A stretch of 64,000 nt of DNA from Allosphingosinicella sp. (lineage in GTDB: Bacteria > Pseudomonadota > Alphaproteobacteria > Sphingomonadales > Sphingomonadaceae), in NCBI GenBank assembly GCA_035941735.1, contig DASZDS010000034.1, positions 145,109 through 209,108 on the forward strand. Reading direction: 5' to 3'. Below are positions 8,037-23,187 of the stretch, in pieces; the stretch's first letter is position 1, and every line of letters begins with the position of its first letter. The position numbers were made by a program, and so were the translations under genes. Below the pieces are notes generated by a model. That model was not told the DNA's origin. It searched no databases and was given only the letters and a program-made list of their open reading frames with translations.

Positions 8037-8569
8037 CGCCGGAGCTCACCGGGGCGGATGTCGTAGACGATCGTCGGGTTGAGCGTCGGGAAGCGCTCGT
8101 CGTCATAGTCGAGCTCGGGCCGGCGGGTCATGCCGAGTCGCTCCATCAAGCCCCAGCTCGGTTCGTTCCCCCGGAACGTGATCGCGACGACGCGCTCGGC
8201 CCGGAGCGTTTCGAACGCGAAGTCGAGCGAGGCGATCGCCGCCTCCTTGGCATAGCCCTGGCCCCAAGCGTCCTCGCGCAGCCGCCAGCCGACCTCGAGC
8301 ATCCCCTCGATCGGGCTGCCTTCGGAATCGGCGATCTTGAGGCCGCAAAAGCCGAGCAGCTCGCGATCGGCCTTGCGCTCGACCGCCCAGAAGGTGAAGC
8401 CGCTCTCCTGCCAGCGCATGATCCGGTCGCGGAAGGCGGTGCGGTGGTCTTCGTCCGATTTGACGCCGCCGAGCCAGCGCATCACCGCCGGCGTGTTGGT
8501 GTGGCGGATGAAGGGCTCGATGTCGTCCTCGCGCCAGTTCCGCAGGATCAGCCGGGCGGTCTCGATCAT
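8033..8569 (-). CDS. GNAT family N-acetyltransferase (RimJ/RimL-like, Acetyltransf_3)
   Basis: The N-terminus MIETARLILRNWREDDIEPF is typical of RimJ/L-type GNATs, and WGQGYAKEA is the acetyl-CoA loop. It has 4-nt overlaps with both neighbouring genes. Confidence 0.8.
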   Translation of the reverse strand: MIETARLILRNWREDDIEPFIRHTNTPAVMRWLGGVKSDEDHRTAFRDRIMRWQESGFTFWAVERKADRELLGFCGLKIADSEGSPIEGMLEVGWRLREDAWGQGYAKEAAIASLDFAFETLRAERVVAITFRGNEPSWGLMERLGMTRRPELDYDDERFPTLNPTIVYDIRPGELRR

Positions 8570-10814
8570 CGCCCCGGCAGCATCGAACGGAAGTTGATGA
8601 TCGGCAGGATCGAGGCATGGTCGTCGGTCCAGCCCGCGAAACCCGGCCGGGGCTCGACCGGAATCCAGTAGAAAGCGTCGTCGCCGCTCAGCGTCCTCAG
8701 CCGCTCGATCGTCGCCGGATTGCGCGACAGGGCGATCCAGACCGAGACGGTGGCGTTCAGGATCTCCTCGCTCGGATCGGGAACATATTCGCGCATCGCC
8801 GCGGTCCAGCCCTCGCGCGCGGCGAGGTCGGCGATCACCGGTTTGAGGTCGAGATAGCGGTTGGAGATGTGGAAGAGGACGATGCCGTCGCGCTGCACGG
8901 CGTTGCCGTAGACGCGCAGCGCCTCGCGGGTGAGCAGGTGCATCGGCACCGCGTCCGAGGAGAAGGCGTCGACGGCGAGGATGTCGATCGAATTGGCGGG
9001 CTGGCGCGACAGGCTGATCCGCGCGTCGCCGAGGACGATGCGCACCTGCGGCGCGCAGCGCGACAGGAAGGAGAAGCGACGGCGCGCGACCTGGACCATC
9101 GCCGGGTCGATCTCGAAGAAGGTCCAGGCCTGGTTCGGCCGGGCGTAGCAGGACAGGGTGCCGCTGCCGAGGCCGACCACGCCGATCCGCGGCCGGGCGC
9201 CGAACAGGGCCTCGGCATTGTCGAGCGCGAGGCCGACGCCCGAGCGCCGCGCATAATAAGTGGTCGGCATGGTCTCCAGGCTCGGCACCAGATTCTGGAT
9301 GCCGTGGAGGGTGGTGCCGTGGGTCAGCACGCGGGCGGTATGGTCGTAGCGCTCGGAGACTTCGTAAATGCCGAAATAGGAGCGGGTGCGGTCGCCGTCG
9401 ACGAAGCTCGCCTTGAGGATCGTCCAGCCGCCGCCCTGCGCGACATAAGACAGCATCAGTGCGGCGAGCGCCAGCGCGAACGGCACCCGCCGGCCCAGGC
9501 AGGCGAGCGCGAGCAGCGAGATCAGGATCGAGCCGCCGAGCAGGAAGGTCTGGGGAAATCCCCTGGCCAGCGCGACGTAGCAGGCGAAGGACAGGAGGAA
9601 GGCGATCGCCGGCAGCGTGAAGCTCAGCATCTTCGTGAGCGGCTTCGGCCAGGGCACGAGCGCATATTGGGTCGTCAGCAGCGCGGCGGCGAGGATCAGC
9701 AGCGGATGCTCATAGGCCCAGTCGAACAGCAAGGGCGCGACGATCGCGCAGAACAGGCCGCCGAGCATGCCGCCGAGCGACATGGCGAGATAGAAGCGCG
9801 TCAGATGGCCGACCGCGGGCCGCAGCCGGAACAGCTCGGAATGGAGCGCGACCGCGGTCGCGAACAACAGCAGCAGGCCGAGCGTCGCCGAGAAAAGCGG
9901 ATTGTTGGTGCCGCTGCTGAAGGCGAGCCCGCCGGCGATCAGGATGACGATCGGCGCCAGCATGGTGATGAAATCGGCCGGCCCGCGCCGCGTCGCGAAG
10001 GCGATGACGAAGCTCAGCAGATAGAGGCTCAGGGGCACCACCCAGAGCAGGGGGATGGCGACGATGTCGGTGGTGAGATGGGTCGTCGTCGACAGCATCA
10101 GGCCCGAGGGCACCGCGGCCAGCGCGACCCAGTGCAGGGTCCGGCGCAAGGTCGGCGGCGGGCTGGTCTCCTCGGGAACCGATTCGACCGCCGCGCCGGG
10201 CACGGTCAGCCCGCAGGCGGCAACGAGCAGGACGAGCGCGCCGTAGAGCATCGTCCAGAGCCAGCTCTGCTGGGCCAGGGTCATCGTCGGCTCGACGATC
10301 AGCGGATAGGAGACGAGGCCGGCGAAGCTGCCGAGATTGGAAGCGGCGTAGAGCGTATAGGGCTCGCCGCGGCTCGTCTCGAGCGCGTACCAGCGCTGCA
10401 TCAGCGGCGCCTGGCTGGAGACGATGAAGAAGAGCGGGCCGATCGAGGCGATCAGGAACCAGGGCACCCAGAAAGCCGGCTCGGCATCGGGGCCCGGAGC
10501 GAAATCGATCAGCCCGATCGGCAGCCACAAGGCGGCGAGGCCGAGGATCGCGATGTGGATGCCGACCTGCCACCGCGGCCGCACATGGGAAAGGCCGTGG
10601 GCATAGGCATAGCCCGCCAGCAGCAGGAACTGGTAGACCAGCATCGCGCTGTTCCAGATCGACGGCGAGCCGCCGACCCGCGGCAGCGCCATCCGCGCGA
10701 TCATCGGCTGGGTCAGGAACAGGAGGAACGAGCCGGTGATGATGGTGAGGAGGAACAAAGGCCGCGCGTAGCGCTCGTGCACCCGGCTCGCTGCGACGGC
10801 ATCACTGGGCACGG

Positions 10815-10818
<4 letters not shown>
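8566..10818 (-). CDS. fused polytopic-membrane / spermidine synthase-like protein (fused MFS/spermidine synthase family)
   Basis: About 480 aa of repeated hydrophobic helices are followed by an aminopropyl/methyltransferase fold (GVVGLGSGTL, FFEIDPAMV, AVDAFSSDAVPMHL). I place the start at the GTG overlapping the decarboxylase stop (GTGA at 10815-10818). The upstream part of the 1043-aa ORF overlaps the decarboxylase gene and looks like an artefact. Confidence 0.75.
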
Positions 10819-15363
<4,545 letters not shown>

Positions 15364-15365
15364 TG

Positions 15366-15450
15366 CCCCTTCCCGTCACCCCAGCGAAGGCTGGGGTCCA
15401 TGCCAAGTCCGAATGGATGCCAGCCTCCGCTGGCATGACGAGGAAGGGGG
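15366..15450. repeat. REP family A, inverted dimer (MITE-like)
   Basis: The left unit CCCTTCCCGTCACCCCAGCGAAGGCTGGGGTCCAT and the reverse complement of the right unit CCCTTCCTCGTCATGCCAGCGGAGGCTGGCATCCAT are homologous, and each contains its own hairpin. The element fills the MATE/valS spacer. Confidence 0.8.
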
Positions 15451-15451
15451 A

Positions 15452-18073
15452 TCAACCCAGCCTTTTCAGCGCGGCGCGATATTTCTCCGCGTCCGAGGCC
15501 TTCTCGGAATGGTCGGTGCGCGCCTTTTCGACGGCCTCGGGCTTAGCGCGCTCGACGAAAGCGGGATTGGCGAGGCGGGCGGCGAGCGCGGCGCGCTCCT
15601 TCTCCGCGGCTTCGGCCGCCTTGGCGAGGCGCGCCTTTTCAGCAGCGATGTCGATCACACCGGCGACTTCAAGAAAAAAGGTAGCTTCGTCGACTACCAC
15701 TTGGATGCCGTTCGGATTGGGAGCAGCGACATTCGAAATGCTTCCCAATCGCGCCATTCGGGCGACCGTGGGATAATAGAACTGCAGACGCCGGTTGGTT
15801 TCCGGGCTTTCGCCATACAGCCAGGCATTGATCTTCGCAGATGGCGGAACGCCTATCTCGGTCCTCGCCGATCGAACTTCGCTAACAAGTCGAATGAGCC
15901 ATTCTATTTCATCGGCCGCCTCGGGATGCAGCATCCGCGCATCGGGGATCGGCCATTTCGCCAGGATCAGCGGGTAGGGCCGCTCGCCCATCGCGTTCCA
16001 GAGTTCCTCGGTGACGAACGGCATGAACGGGTGGAGCATGACCAGGATCTGATCGAGCGCCCAGCCGGCCACTTCCCTGGTCTCGTCGTCGATCTGCCCT
16101 TTGATCAGCTCCAGATACCAGTCGCAGAAGGTCGCCCAGACGAAGTGGTAGATGGTGTTTGCGCTCTCGTCGTAGCGCAGCTCGGCGAGGGCGAGGTCGA
16201 GCGCCTGGATGGTCTTGACCGTCTCGCCGATTATCCAGCGATTGACCGGGAGCGTCGCCGCGGGCGGCTCGATCGCCCGCGACGCGCCGATGCCGCTCCC
16301 CTGGCAGAAGCGCGCGGCATTCCAGAGCTTGGTGGCGAAGTTGCGATAGCCCTCGACGCGCTTTTCATCGAGCTTGATGTCGCGCCCCTGGCTTTCCATC
16401 GCGGCGAGGGTGAAGCGCAGCGCGTCGGCGCCGTAGCGATCGACGAGGCCGAGCGGATCGACCGTGTTGCCCTTCGATTTCGACATCTTCTGGCCGTGCG
16501 CGTCGCGGACCAGGCCGTGGAGATAGAGCGTCTTCCACGGGCGCTCGCCCATGAACTGGAAGCCCTGCATCGCCATCCGGGCGTCCCAGAAGAAGATGAT
16601 GTCGAAGCCGGAGATGAGGACGTCGTTGGGATAGTGACGCTTCAGCGCCTCGGTCTCCTCCGGCCAGCCCAAAGTCGCGAACGGCCACAGCGCCGAGGAG
16701 AACCAGGTGTCGAGCACGTCGGGATCGCGGCGCAGGGGGACGCCCTGCCCCGCCTGCGCCTGCGCCACCGCCTCGGATTCGGCGACGTAGACCTTGCCCG
16801 CCTCGTCGTACCAGGCCGGGATCCGGTGCCCCCACCAGAGCTGGCGCGAGACGCACCAGGGCTGGATGTTCTCGAGCCAGTTGAACCAGGTCTTCTTCCA
16901 GGTTTCGGGCACGACCCGGATGTCGCCCGAGCGGACCGCCTTGATCGCCGGCTTCGCCAGCGTCGCCGCGTCGACATACCATTGATCGGTCAGCCAGGGC
17001 TCGATGACGACGCCCGAACGGTCGCCGAACGGCGTGGCCACGACCCGGTCCTCGACCTTTTCGAGGCAACCCTCGGCCTCGATCAATTCCACGACGCGCT
17101 TTCGTGCGTCGAAGCGATCCAGGCCGAGCAGCTCGTCGGGAATGCCGCCGCACTGAACGACCCTGGCTTCGGCATCCAGCATGTTGAGCATCTCGGCGGG
17201 CTTGAAGCCGGCGCGCTTGCCGACCTCGAAGTCGTTGAAGTCGTGGCCGGGGGTGATCTTGACCGCGCCGGAGCCAAGCTCGGGATCGGCATGCTCGTCG
17301 GTGATGATCGGCACGAGCCGACCGGTTATCGGAAGCCTCACCTTCTTGCCCACCAGCCCGGCGTAGCGTTCGTCGTCGGGATGAACCGCGACCGCCATGT
17401 CGGCGAGCATCGTCTCGGGCCGGGTGGTGGCGACCGAGATCGCGCCGGTGCCGTCTTCGAGCGGATATTTGAAGTGCCAGAACTTGCTCTGGACGTCGCT
17501 GGTCTCGACCTCGAGGTCGGAAATGGCGGTCTGGAATTTTGGGTCCCAGTTGACCAGGCGCTTGTCGCGATAGAGCAGGCCCTGGTCGTAGAGGTCGATG
17601 AACACCTTCATGACCGCGCGGCTGAAGCCCTCGTCCATGGTGAAGCGCTCATTGGCCCAGTCGCACGATGCGCCGAGCCGCCGCAGCTGGCGGGTGATCG
17701 CACCGCCGCTCTCCGCCTTCCATTCCCAGACCCTAGCGACGAATTCCTCGCGGCTGAAATCGGTGCGCTTCTGCTGGCGCTCGTTCAGCTGCCGCTCGAC
17801 CACCATCTGGGTCGCGATTCCGGCATGGTCGGTGCCGACCACCCAGAGCGCGTCCTTGCCCTGGAGGCGCGCGTGGCGGGTGAGGATGTCCTGCAGCGTG
17901 ATGTCGAGCGCGTGGCCGATATGCAAGGAGCCGGTGACGTTGGGCGGCGGCATCACGATCGTCCACGGCTCCGCCTCGCCCCGCTCGGGACGGAACAGCC
18001 CGTCACCTTCCCAGCGCGCATACCAGCGCGCCTCGATCTCGGCGGGGTCGAAGGTCTTGGACAGCTCGGTCAT
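15452..18073 (-). CDS. valS: valine--tRNA ligase
   Basis: 873 aa with class I signatures ([15 protein letters not shown] and KMSKSKGN) and a C-terminal coiled coil. Confidence 0.97.
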   Translation of the reverse strand: MTELSKTFDPAEIEARWYARWEGDGLFRPERGEAEPWTIVMPPPNVTGSLHIGHALDITLQDILTRHARLQGKDALWVVGTDHAGIATQMVVERQLNERQQKRTDFSREEFVARVWEWKAESGGAITRQLRRLGASCDWANERFTMDEGFSRAVMKVFIDLYDQGLLYRDKRLVNWDPKFQTAISDLEVETSDVQSKFWHFKYPLEDGTGAISVATTRPETMLADMAVAVHPDDERYAGLVGKKVRLPITGRLVPIITDEHADPELGSGAVKITPGHDFNDFEVGKRAGFKPAEMLNMLDAEARVVQCGGIPDELLGLDRFDARKRVVELIEAEGCLEKVEDRVVATPFGDRSGVVIEPWLTDQWYVDAATLAKPAIKAVRSGDIRVVPETWKKTWFNWLENIQPWCVSRQLWWGHRIPAWYDEAGKVYVAESEAVAQAQAGQGVPLRRDPDVLDTWFSSALWPFATLGWPEETEALKRHYPNDVLISGFDIIFFWDARMAMQGFQFMGERPWKTLYLHGLVRDAHGQKMSKSKGNTVDPLGLVDRYGADALRFTLAAMESQGRDIKLDEKRVEGYRNFATKLWNAARFCQGSGIGASRAIEPPAATLPVNRWIIGETVKTIQALDLALAELRYDESANTIYHFVWATFCDWYLELIKGQIDDETREVAGWALDQILVMLHPFMPFVTEELWNAMGERPYPLILAKWPIPDARMLHPEAADEIEWLIRLVSEVRSARTEIGVPPSAKINAWLYGESPETNRRLQFYYPTVARMARLGSISNVAAPNPNGIQVVVDEATFFLEVAGVIDIAAEKARLAKAAEAAEKERAALAARLANPAFVERAKPEAVEKARTDHSEKASDAEKYRAALKRLG

Positions 18074-18097
18074 CCGGGGGCGCTTAACCGGCTTTCA

Positions 18098-18184
18098 CTT
18101 TCCCGTCACCCCGGCGAAGGCCGGGGCCTCGGGACGAGAGGTCATGGCTGTTTCCACGAGATCCCGGCCTTCGCCGGGATGACG
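18098..18184. repeat. REP family A, inverted dimer
   Basis: CGTCACCCCGGCGAAGGCCGGGGCCTC ... GAGATCCCGGCCTTCGCCGGGATGACG. Lies between the valS start and the S9 peptidase stop. Confidence 0.8.
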
Positions 18185-20263
18185 TTATTGGGAATGCCTG
18201 AGCCACCTGTCGAGCCAGGAATGGACCTCGCGATACCATTGGATCGAGTTGTTGGGCTTCAGGATCCAGTGATTCTCGTCGGGGAAGACGACGAGGCGCG
18301 AGGGGATATTGAGCCGCTGGAGCGCATTGAACACGCCCAAAGACTGGCTGTAGGGGATTCGGAAGTCACGCTCGCCGTGGATCACCAGCATCGGCGTGCG
18401 CCAGTTCTGGACGAAGTTGACCGGGTTGTTGCGCTCGTAATTGGCGGCCGCCTGCGGGTTATAATAAGGCCCGCCGAACTCCCATTCGCTGAACCAGAGC
18501 TCCTCGGTCTCGTAGGCCATCGCCCGCTGGTCGAAGACGCCGGAATGGCTGACCAGGCACTTGAAGCCGTCGGGCCAGTTGCCGGCGATCCAGTCGACCA
18601 TGAAGCCGCCATAGGAGCCGCCGAGCGCGCAGGCATTGGCGACGTCGAGCGCCGAATCGGCGCGGCCGGCGGCGGCGAGGCCGAGCCGGAGGTCCTCGAG
18701 CGGGGCGCCGCCCCAATCGCGGTTGATCGCGTCGGTGAAGGCTTGGCCGTAGCCGGTCGAGCCATGGAAATCGACGGTCACCGCGCCATAGCCGGGCGCG
18801 GCGAACACCCAGGGATTCCAGCGGTAGGACCAGGAATTGGCGAACGAGCTTTGCGGACCGCCATGGATCAGCAGCAGGGTCGGCAGCGCGACGGGCAGGC
18901 GGCCGTCGATCGACGCCGGCCGCACGATCTGGCCCCAGACGGTGTCGCCATGGGCGCCGGTGAAGCTGAAGCGCTGGTAGGTGACGCCGTCGAGCCCCGC
19001 CAACCGGTCCGCATTGACTCGGGTCAGCACCCTGAAGCGACCGCGCGAATCGAGGCGAACCAGATCGTCGGGCTTCAGGATGGTGTTCAGCGTGTAGACC
19101 AGCGACCCGTCGCCAAGCGGCAGCACATTGCCCGCGGTGCCGCTGGTCCCGCCCCCGAGCCGAGTCGCCTGGCCGGTGCGCAGGTCGACTCGAAACACCG
19201 GCGTATCGAGCCTTTCCTGCGCGGTGACGTACAGGCTGCGGCCGTCCGGCGCCCAGGCGATCGAGTTGACCGAGCGGTCCCACGCCTGGGTCAGCGCGCG
19301 GGTCCGCCCGGTGCGCAGGTCGCGCAGCTGGATCACCTGGCGGTCGGCCTCGTAGGTGGGCCGCGCCATCGCGGTGTAGGCGAGCCAGCGGCCGTCCGGA
19401 GAGACCGCGGGCGTGGTGTCCGTCCCTTCATTCTCGCGGGTGAGGTTGGTCGGCGCCGCGCTGCCGTCGGCCGGCACCGCGAAAATGTCGAGATTGGTCG
19501 AGTTGGGCTCGTGCCGGCCGGCTTCGCGGAGGGTGAAATAGAGGGTGCGGCCGTCGGGGCTCCAGGCGAGCTCCTCGGCGCCGCCGAACGGCTTGGAGGG
19601 CGCATCGCCGATAAGGTTCGGCGAGATCGCGGTGCCGCCGCCCTGCGGCCGGCCGTCGGCCAGCGCGAAGGTGAAGATGCGCGAGCGGGTGCCCGGCGTG
19701 CTCCACGTATCCCAGTGGCGCACGAAGGTCTCGTCGTAGACTCGGCCGCTGCCGCGGCCGGCCACCGCCGCCGGCAGGTTCGCGCAATTGATGTCGGCGC
19801 AGGCCATGTCGCGGTCGGCCCAGATCGCGATCCGGTCGCCCGAAGGCGCCAGCAGATAGCCGGCGATGTCGGTGGAAAAGTCGGTGACCCGCTCGGGCGT
19901 GCCGCCGGGCAGCGCCACCCGCCAGAGCTGGTCGCTGCCCGAGGCGTCGCTGAGATAATAGACCGCCCGGCCGTCCGCCGAGAAATGGGGGTCGTGCTCG
20001 TTATGCTCGGGCGCCGACGCGACGCGGACCGGCACCGCGCCGGCCCGGCGCAGGTCGAGCAGGAAGAGGTCGTTGCGGCGGCGATTGGCGGAAAGGTCGG
20101 TCTCGCTCAGCTGGTAGACCACCCAATTGCCGTCGGGCGACACGCTGGGCGAAGCGAGCCGGCGGAGGGTGGCGAGGTCGGTGGCGGTGATCGGGCGGGC
20201 GAAAGCGGCCGGCGCCGATGCGAGAGCGAGCAGGCCAAGGCTCGCGAGCATGAGCTTCTTCAT
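18185..20263 (-). CDS. S9 family serine peptidase (prolyl oligopeptidase / acylaminoacyl-peptidase-like), secreted
   Basis: The start at MKKLMLASLGLLALASAPAAFA is a signal peptide. A beta-propeller-like N-terminal half is followed by a C-terminal alpha/beta hydrolase domain with GGSYGG (nucleophile elbow) and HGERDFRIP. Confidence 0.85.
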   Translation of the reverse strand: MKKLMLASLGLLALASAPAAFARPITATDLATLRRLASPSVSPDGNWVVYQLSETDLSANRRRNDLFLLDLRRAGAVPVRVASAPEHNEHDPHFSADGRAVYYLSDASGSDQLWRVALPGGTPERVTDFSTDIAGYLLAPSGDRIAIWADRDMACADINCANLPAAVAGRGSGRVYDETFVRHWDTWSTPGTRSRIFTFALADGRPQGGGTAISPNLIGDAPSKPFGGAEELAWSPDGRTLYFTLREAGRHEPNSTNLDIFAVPADGSAAPTNLTRENEGTDTTPAVSPDGRWLAYTAMARPTYEADRQVIQLRDLRTGRTRALTQAWDRSVNSIAWAPDGRSLYVTAQERLDTPVFRVDLRTGQATRLGGGTSGTAGNVLPLGDGSLVYTLNTILKPDDLVRLDSRGRFRVLTRVNADRLAGLDGVTYQRFSFTGAHGDTVWGQIVRPASIDGRLPVALPTLLLIHGGPQSSFANSWSYRWNPWVFAAPGYGAVTVDFHGSTGYGQAFTDAINRDWGGAPLEDLRLGLAAAGRADSALDVANACALGGSYGGFMVDWIAGNWPDGFKCLVSHSGVFDQRAMAYETEELWFSEWEFGGPYYNPQAAANYERNNPVNFVQNWRTPMLVIHGERDFRIPYSQSLGVFNALQRLNIPSRLVVFPDENHWILKPNNSIQWYREVHSWLDRWLRHSQ

Positions 20264-20304
20264 GGAGCGGCGGCCTAGCACCGCGACGCGGGAGAGGCCA
20301 GAGC

Positions 20305-20404
20305 CCCCTTCGTCATCCTGACGATAGTCAGGATCCATGAACGCCGGAATCGCCCGTTTCCAACCGACCGTGTTCATGGATCCCGGATCAAGTCCGGGAT
20401 GACG
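20305..20404. repeat. REP family A, inverted dimer
   Basis: CGTCATCCTGACGATAGTCAGGATCCATGAAC ... GTTCATGGATCCCGGATCAAGTCCGGGATGACG. Lies between the S9 peptidase start and the popZ stop. Confidence 0.8.
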
Positions 20405-20418
20405 TCCTGGTGCGGAAC

Positions 20419-20841
20419 CTAGAGATCGCGCCCCGTTATCCGGGCGATTTCGCGGGTGACGAGATCCTCGACGATCTCGGGGAGATGCTGGTCGAGCCAT
20501 TCCTTGAGCACCGGCCGCAGCATGTCGCGGATCACCGCCTCGAGCGCGCCGCTGTCGGCCGGCGCGTCGCTGCGCTGGCGCAGCGCCGAGAGGCTGGCGA
20601 GCCGCTGGCGGCTGGCGGCCGCCACATCCTCGGAGAGCAGGCCCGAAGCTTCGGAAACCGGGTCGTCGAGCTCGAGCACATCCTCTTCGGGCGCCGGCTC
20701 CGGGCGCGCGATCCGGCGTGACGGGCGGGGCGACGCGGTGGTCGCCGCGCGACGCTCGCCGTCGCGAGCGTCCTCGGCGATCACGCGCTTGATGGAGGCG
20801 AGGATCTCCTCCATCGACGGGTCCTGCTGAATATCCCCCAT
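20419..20841 (-). CDS. popZ: PopZ-like polar organising protein (DUF2497)
   Basis: The N-terminal helix MEEILASIKRVIAED and the C-terminal LRPVLKEWLDQHLPEIVEDLV closely mirror Caulobacter PopZ as I recall it (MEEILASIRRII..., LRPLLKEWLDQNLPRIVE). A Pro/Glu-rich linker connects them. The gene lies between valS and tolC. Confidence 0.75.
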   Translation of the reverse strand: MGDIQQDPSMEEILASIKRVIAEDARDGERRAATTASPRPSRRIARPEPAPEEDVLELDDPVSEASGLLSEDVAAASRQRLASLSALRQRSDAPADSGALEAVIRDMLRPVLKEWLDQHLPEIVEDLVTREIARITGRDL

Positions 20842-20858
20842 AACGAGGGCCTTATGAC

Positions 20859-22370
20859 CTACTGGGGCGGCGCTGTCACGGGGGGTTCTGTGACCGGGCT
20901 GTTCGAGCCCGGCGGCGCCGTCCGGGTCGAAACCGGATGGATCGACGGGCCGTCGTCCCAATCGGACCAGCTGTGCGCATAGCGATTATAGTTGATCGTC
21001 GGGTCGTAGAGCGGCCCGTTGTCGAGGTTCAGATCCTCCGCTTCGGCCATGCCCATCGAGTTGAGCAGCTGGAAGCCGGCGACATAGGCGTCGCGGCGGG
21101 CGGTGACGAGCAGCACCTGGCTGTTCAACAGCTCCTGCTCGGCATTGAGCACGTCGAGGATGTTGCGGGTACCGACGCCCTGCTCGGCGCGGGTGCCCTC
21201 GAGCGCGAGCTCGTTGGCGGCGACCGCGATCGTGTTCGATTCGATCGCGTCGTTCGCGGCCCGATAGGCGGCATAGGCGGCGCGGGTGTTGGAGATGACG
21301 AGCCGTTCGACCCCGACCGCCTGTTCGAGCAACTGGCCGCGCAGCGCCTGCGCCTGGCGGACGCGGGCGCCGCCGGCGCCGCCCTGGTAGAGCGGCATGG
21401 TCAGCGACAGGCCGACGCTGGTGGCGGTGGTGCTGTTCGGCAGGCTGCCCTCGGGCAGGCCGGCCGCCTCGTCGGCGCGGCCGAGCGAGTTGACGTAGCG
21501 GGTGGAGCTGCCGGCCGAGATCGTCGGCAGGCGCTGGCCGCGGGCGACGGCGACGTCGAAGCCGGCGGCCCGGGCGCGGGCGGCGATCGCGGCGAGATCG
21601 GCATTGTTGCCGAGCGCGACGTCTTCGGCCTGGTCCGGGGTGGTCGGCAGCGGCGGCAGCGCCGGCGGCGGGGCGAGATCGGCGGGAAGCTCGCCGATCA
21701 CCCGGCGGTAATTCTCCTCGCTCGCCTCGAGCCGCCCCTCGGCGGTGGCGAGCGCGCTGCGGGCGAGCGCGAGCCGGGCGTCGGATTGGGCGACGTCGGT
21801 GCGGGTGAGGTCGCCGACCTCGAAGCGGTCGCGGGTCGCCTGGAGGTTGGTATCGAGGACGCGCACCTGATTCCGGTTCAGCTGGACGATCGAGCGGTCG
21901 CGGATCACGTCCATGTAAGCGGCGACCGCTTCGGTGAAGATGTCGCCCTCGGTCGCGCGCAGGTCGGCGCGCCCGGCCTGGACCCGGGTGTCCGCCGCGC
22001 GGACGCCGTTGCGGACCCGGCCGCCGGAAAAGAGCGGCACGCTGACGCTGCCGCCGAGGCTGAGGACGCGGCCGTTCGCCGCCTGGAAATTGTGGGTCAC
22101 CACATCCTGGTCGAAATCCCCGGTCGCGTTGACAGTCGGCCGGCCGGCGGCGCGGGCGAGGGCCGCGCCCTCGTCGGTCGCGCGCAGCGACTGGCGCTGG
22201 GCCATCAAGGTCGGGTTGGTGGCATAGGTCTTGACCAGCGCCTCGCGCAGCGACTGGGTCGGCCCCCGCGCGGCCGCCGAAGGCGGCGGCGCGACCGCCG
22301 TCTGGGTCTGGCCCAAGGCCGCCCCGCTCAACGCGACCGTCGCGACCGCTGCCAGCATGCGTCCCCGCAT
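20859..22370 (-). CDS. tolC: TolC family outer membrane efflux protein
   Basis: Signal peptide followed by two OEP-type repeats (LREALVKTYATNPTL..., NRNQVRVLDTNLQATRDRFEVGDLTRTDVAQ). I chose the ATG at 22370, which has GGAG 7 nt upstream; the listed ORF starts at a TTG at 22391. Confidence 0.85.
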   Translation of the reverse strand: MRGRMLAAVATVALSGAALGQTQTAVAPPPSAAARGPTQSLREALVKTYATNPTLMAQRQSLRATDEGAALARAAGRPTVNATGDFDQDVVTHNFQAANGRVLSLGGSVSVPLFSGGRVRNGVRAADTRVQAGRADLRATEGDIFTEAVAAYMDVIRDRSIVQLNRNQVRVLDTNLQATRDRFEVGDLTRTDVAQSDARLALARSALATAEGRLEASEENYRRVIGELPADLAPPPALPPLPTTPDQAEDVALGNNADLAAIAARARAAGFDVAVARGQRLPTISAGSSTRYVNSLGRADEAAGLPEGSLPNSTTATSVGLSLTMPLYQGGAGGARVRQAQALRGQLLEQAVGVERLVISNTRAAYAAYRAANDAIESNTIAVAANELALEGTRAEQGVGTRNILDVLNAEQELLNSQVLLVTARRDAYVAGFQLLNSMGMAEAEDLNLDNGPLYDPTINYNRYAHSWSDWDDGPSIHPVSTRTAPPGSNSPVTEPPVTAPPQ

Positions 22371-22387
22371 CAATCCACTCCGTTCCC

Positions 22388-23038
22388 TCAAAAGCTGAAA
22401 CCGCGGGGCCTTGCGAACCCCGGCAAAGTTGCCGTCTCGGCGTCGGCGAAGACCGTCGCGCCGAACGCGCCCGCCACCACCCGGCCGATCGCCAGCCGGC
22501 TGACGCCCTCCTCGAGCAGCGCCAGCGCGACCGCGCCGCCCTCGGCGACCTGGGCGACGATCGCCGGCGGCACCGTCTCCACCGCGCCGTCGAGCAGGAT
22601 GAAATCATAGGGGCCGGCCTTGGCATGGCCGCGGGCGAGCGGCCCCTTGACCAGCTCGACGCCGCTTCCCTTCAGCGCGTTCCTCGCGAACGCGACGAGC
22701 TCGTCGTCCTCCTCGAGCGCGACCACCGACGCGACCAGGCGCCCGAGCACCGCGGCCGAATAGCCGGTCGCGGCGCCGATCACGAGCGCGCGCTCGCCGC
22801 CGCCGAGCCGCGCTTCCGTCAGCATCCGGCCCAGAGCCATTGGCGGGTTCAGCGCGCGGCCGGGCGCGACCGGAACCAAAGCGTCGGCATAAGCGAGCGC
22901 GAGCCGGTCTTCCGGCACGAACAGCTCGCGCGGCACCGCGCCCATCGCCGCGACCACGCGCGGGTCGTTGACCCCGGTCGTGCGGAGCTGGCTCGCGACC
23001 ATCGCGCGGCGCATCGGTTCCAAAACATGCTCAGTCAT
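22388..23038 (-). CDS. pcm: protein-L-isoaspartate O-methyltransferase family protein
   Basis: Contains MVASQLRTTGVNDPRVVAAMGAVPRELFVP and the SAM loop RALVIGAATGYSAAVL. I chose the ATG at 23038 (MTEHV). Confidence 0.8.
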   Translation of the reverse strand: MTEHVLEPMRRAMVASQLRTTGVNDPRVVAAMGAVPRELFVPEDRLALAYADALVPVAPGRALNPPMALGRMLTEARLGGGERALVIGAATGYSAAVLGRLVASVVALEEDDELVAFARNALKGSGVELVKGPLARGHAKAGPYDFILLDGAVETVPPAIVAQVAEGGAVALALLEEGVSRLAIGRVVAGAFGATVFADAETATLPGFARPRGFSF

Positions 23039-23187
23039 CGTCGCGGGCTTTACTCGCACAACTGTTTTAGTGATGCAATACACTTGTTCGGGCTTCAGGG
23101 CTTTTATCGGCTCGGTCGAGGAAGTCCAAGCCAGATAAGGGGCAAGAGCCGTGCCATCCTCCGCGAAGAGGGCAGGCGCGGATCTTG

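Noticed and set aside
15413-20278. A 1621-aa plus-strand ORF, the longest in the window.
   Set aside because: It lies entirely antisense to valS and the S9 peptidase. It reads through two REP elements (producing the PAKAG/PAFAGMT strings) and is a GC-driven artefact.
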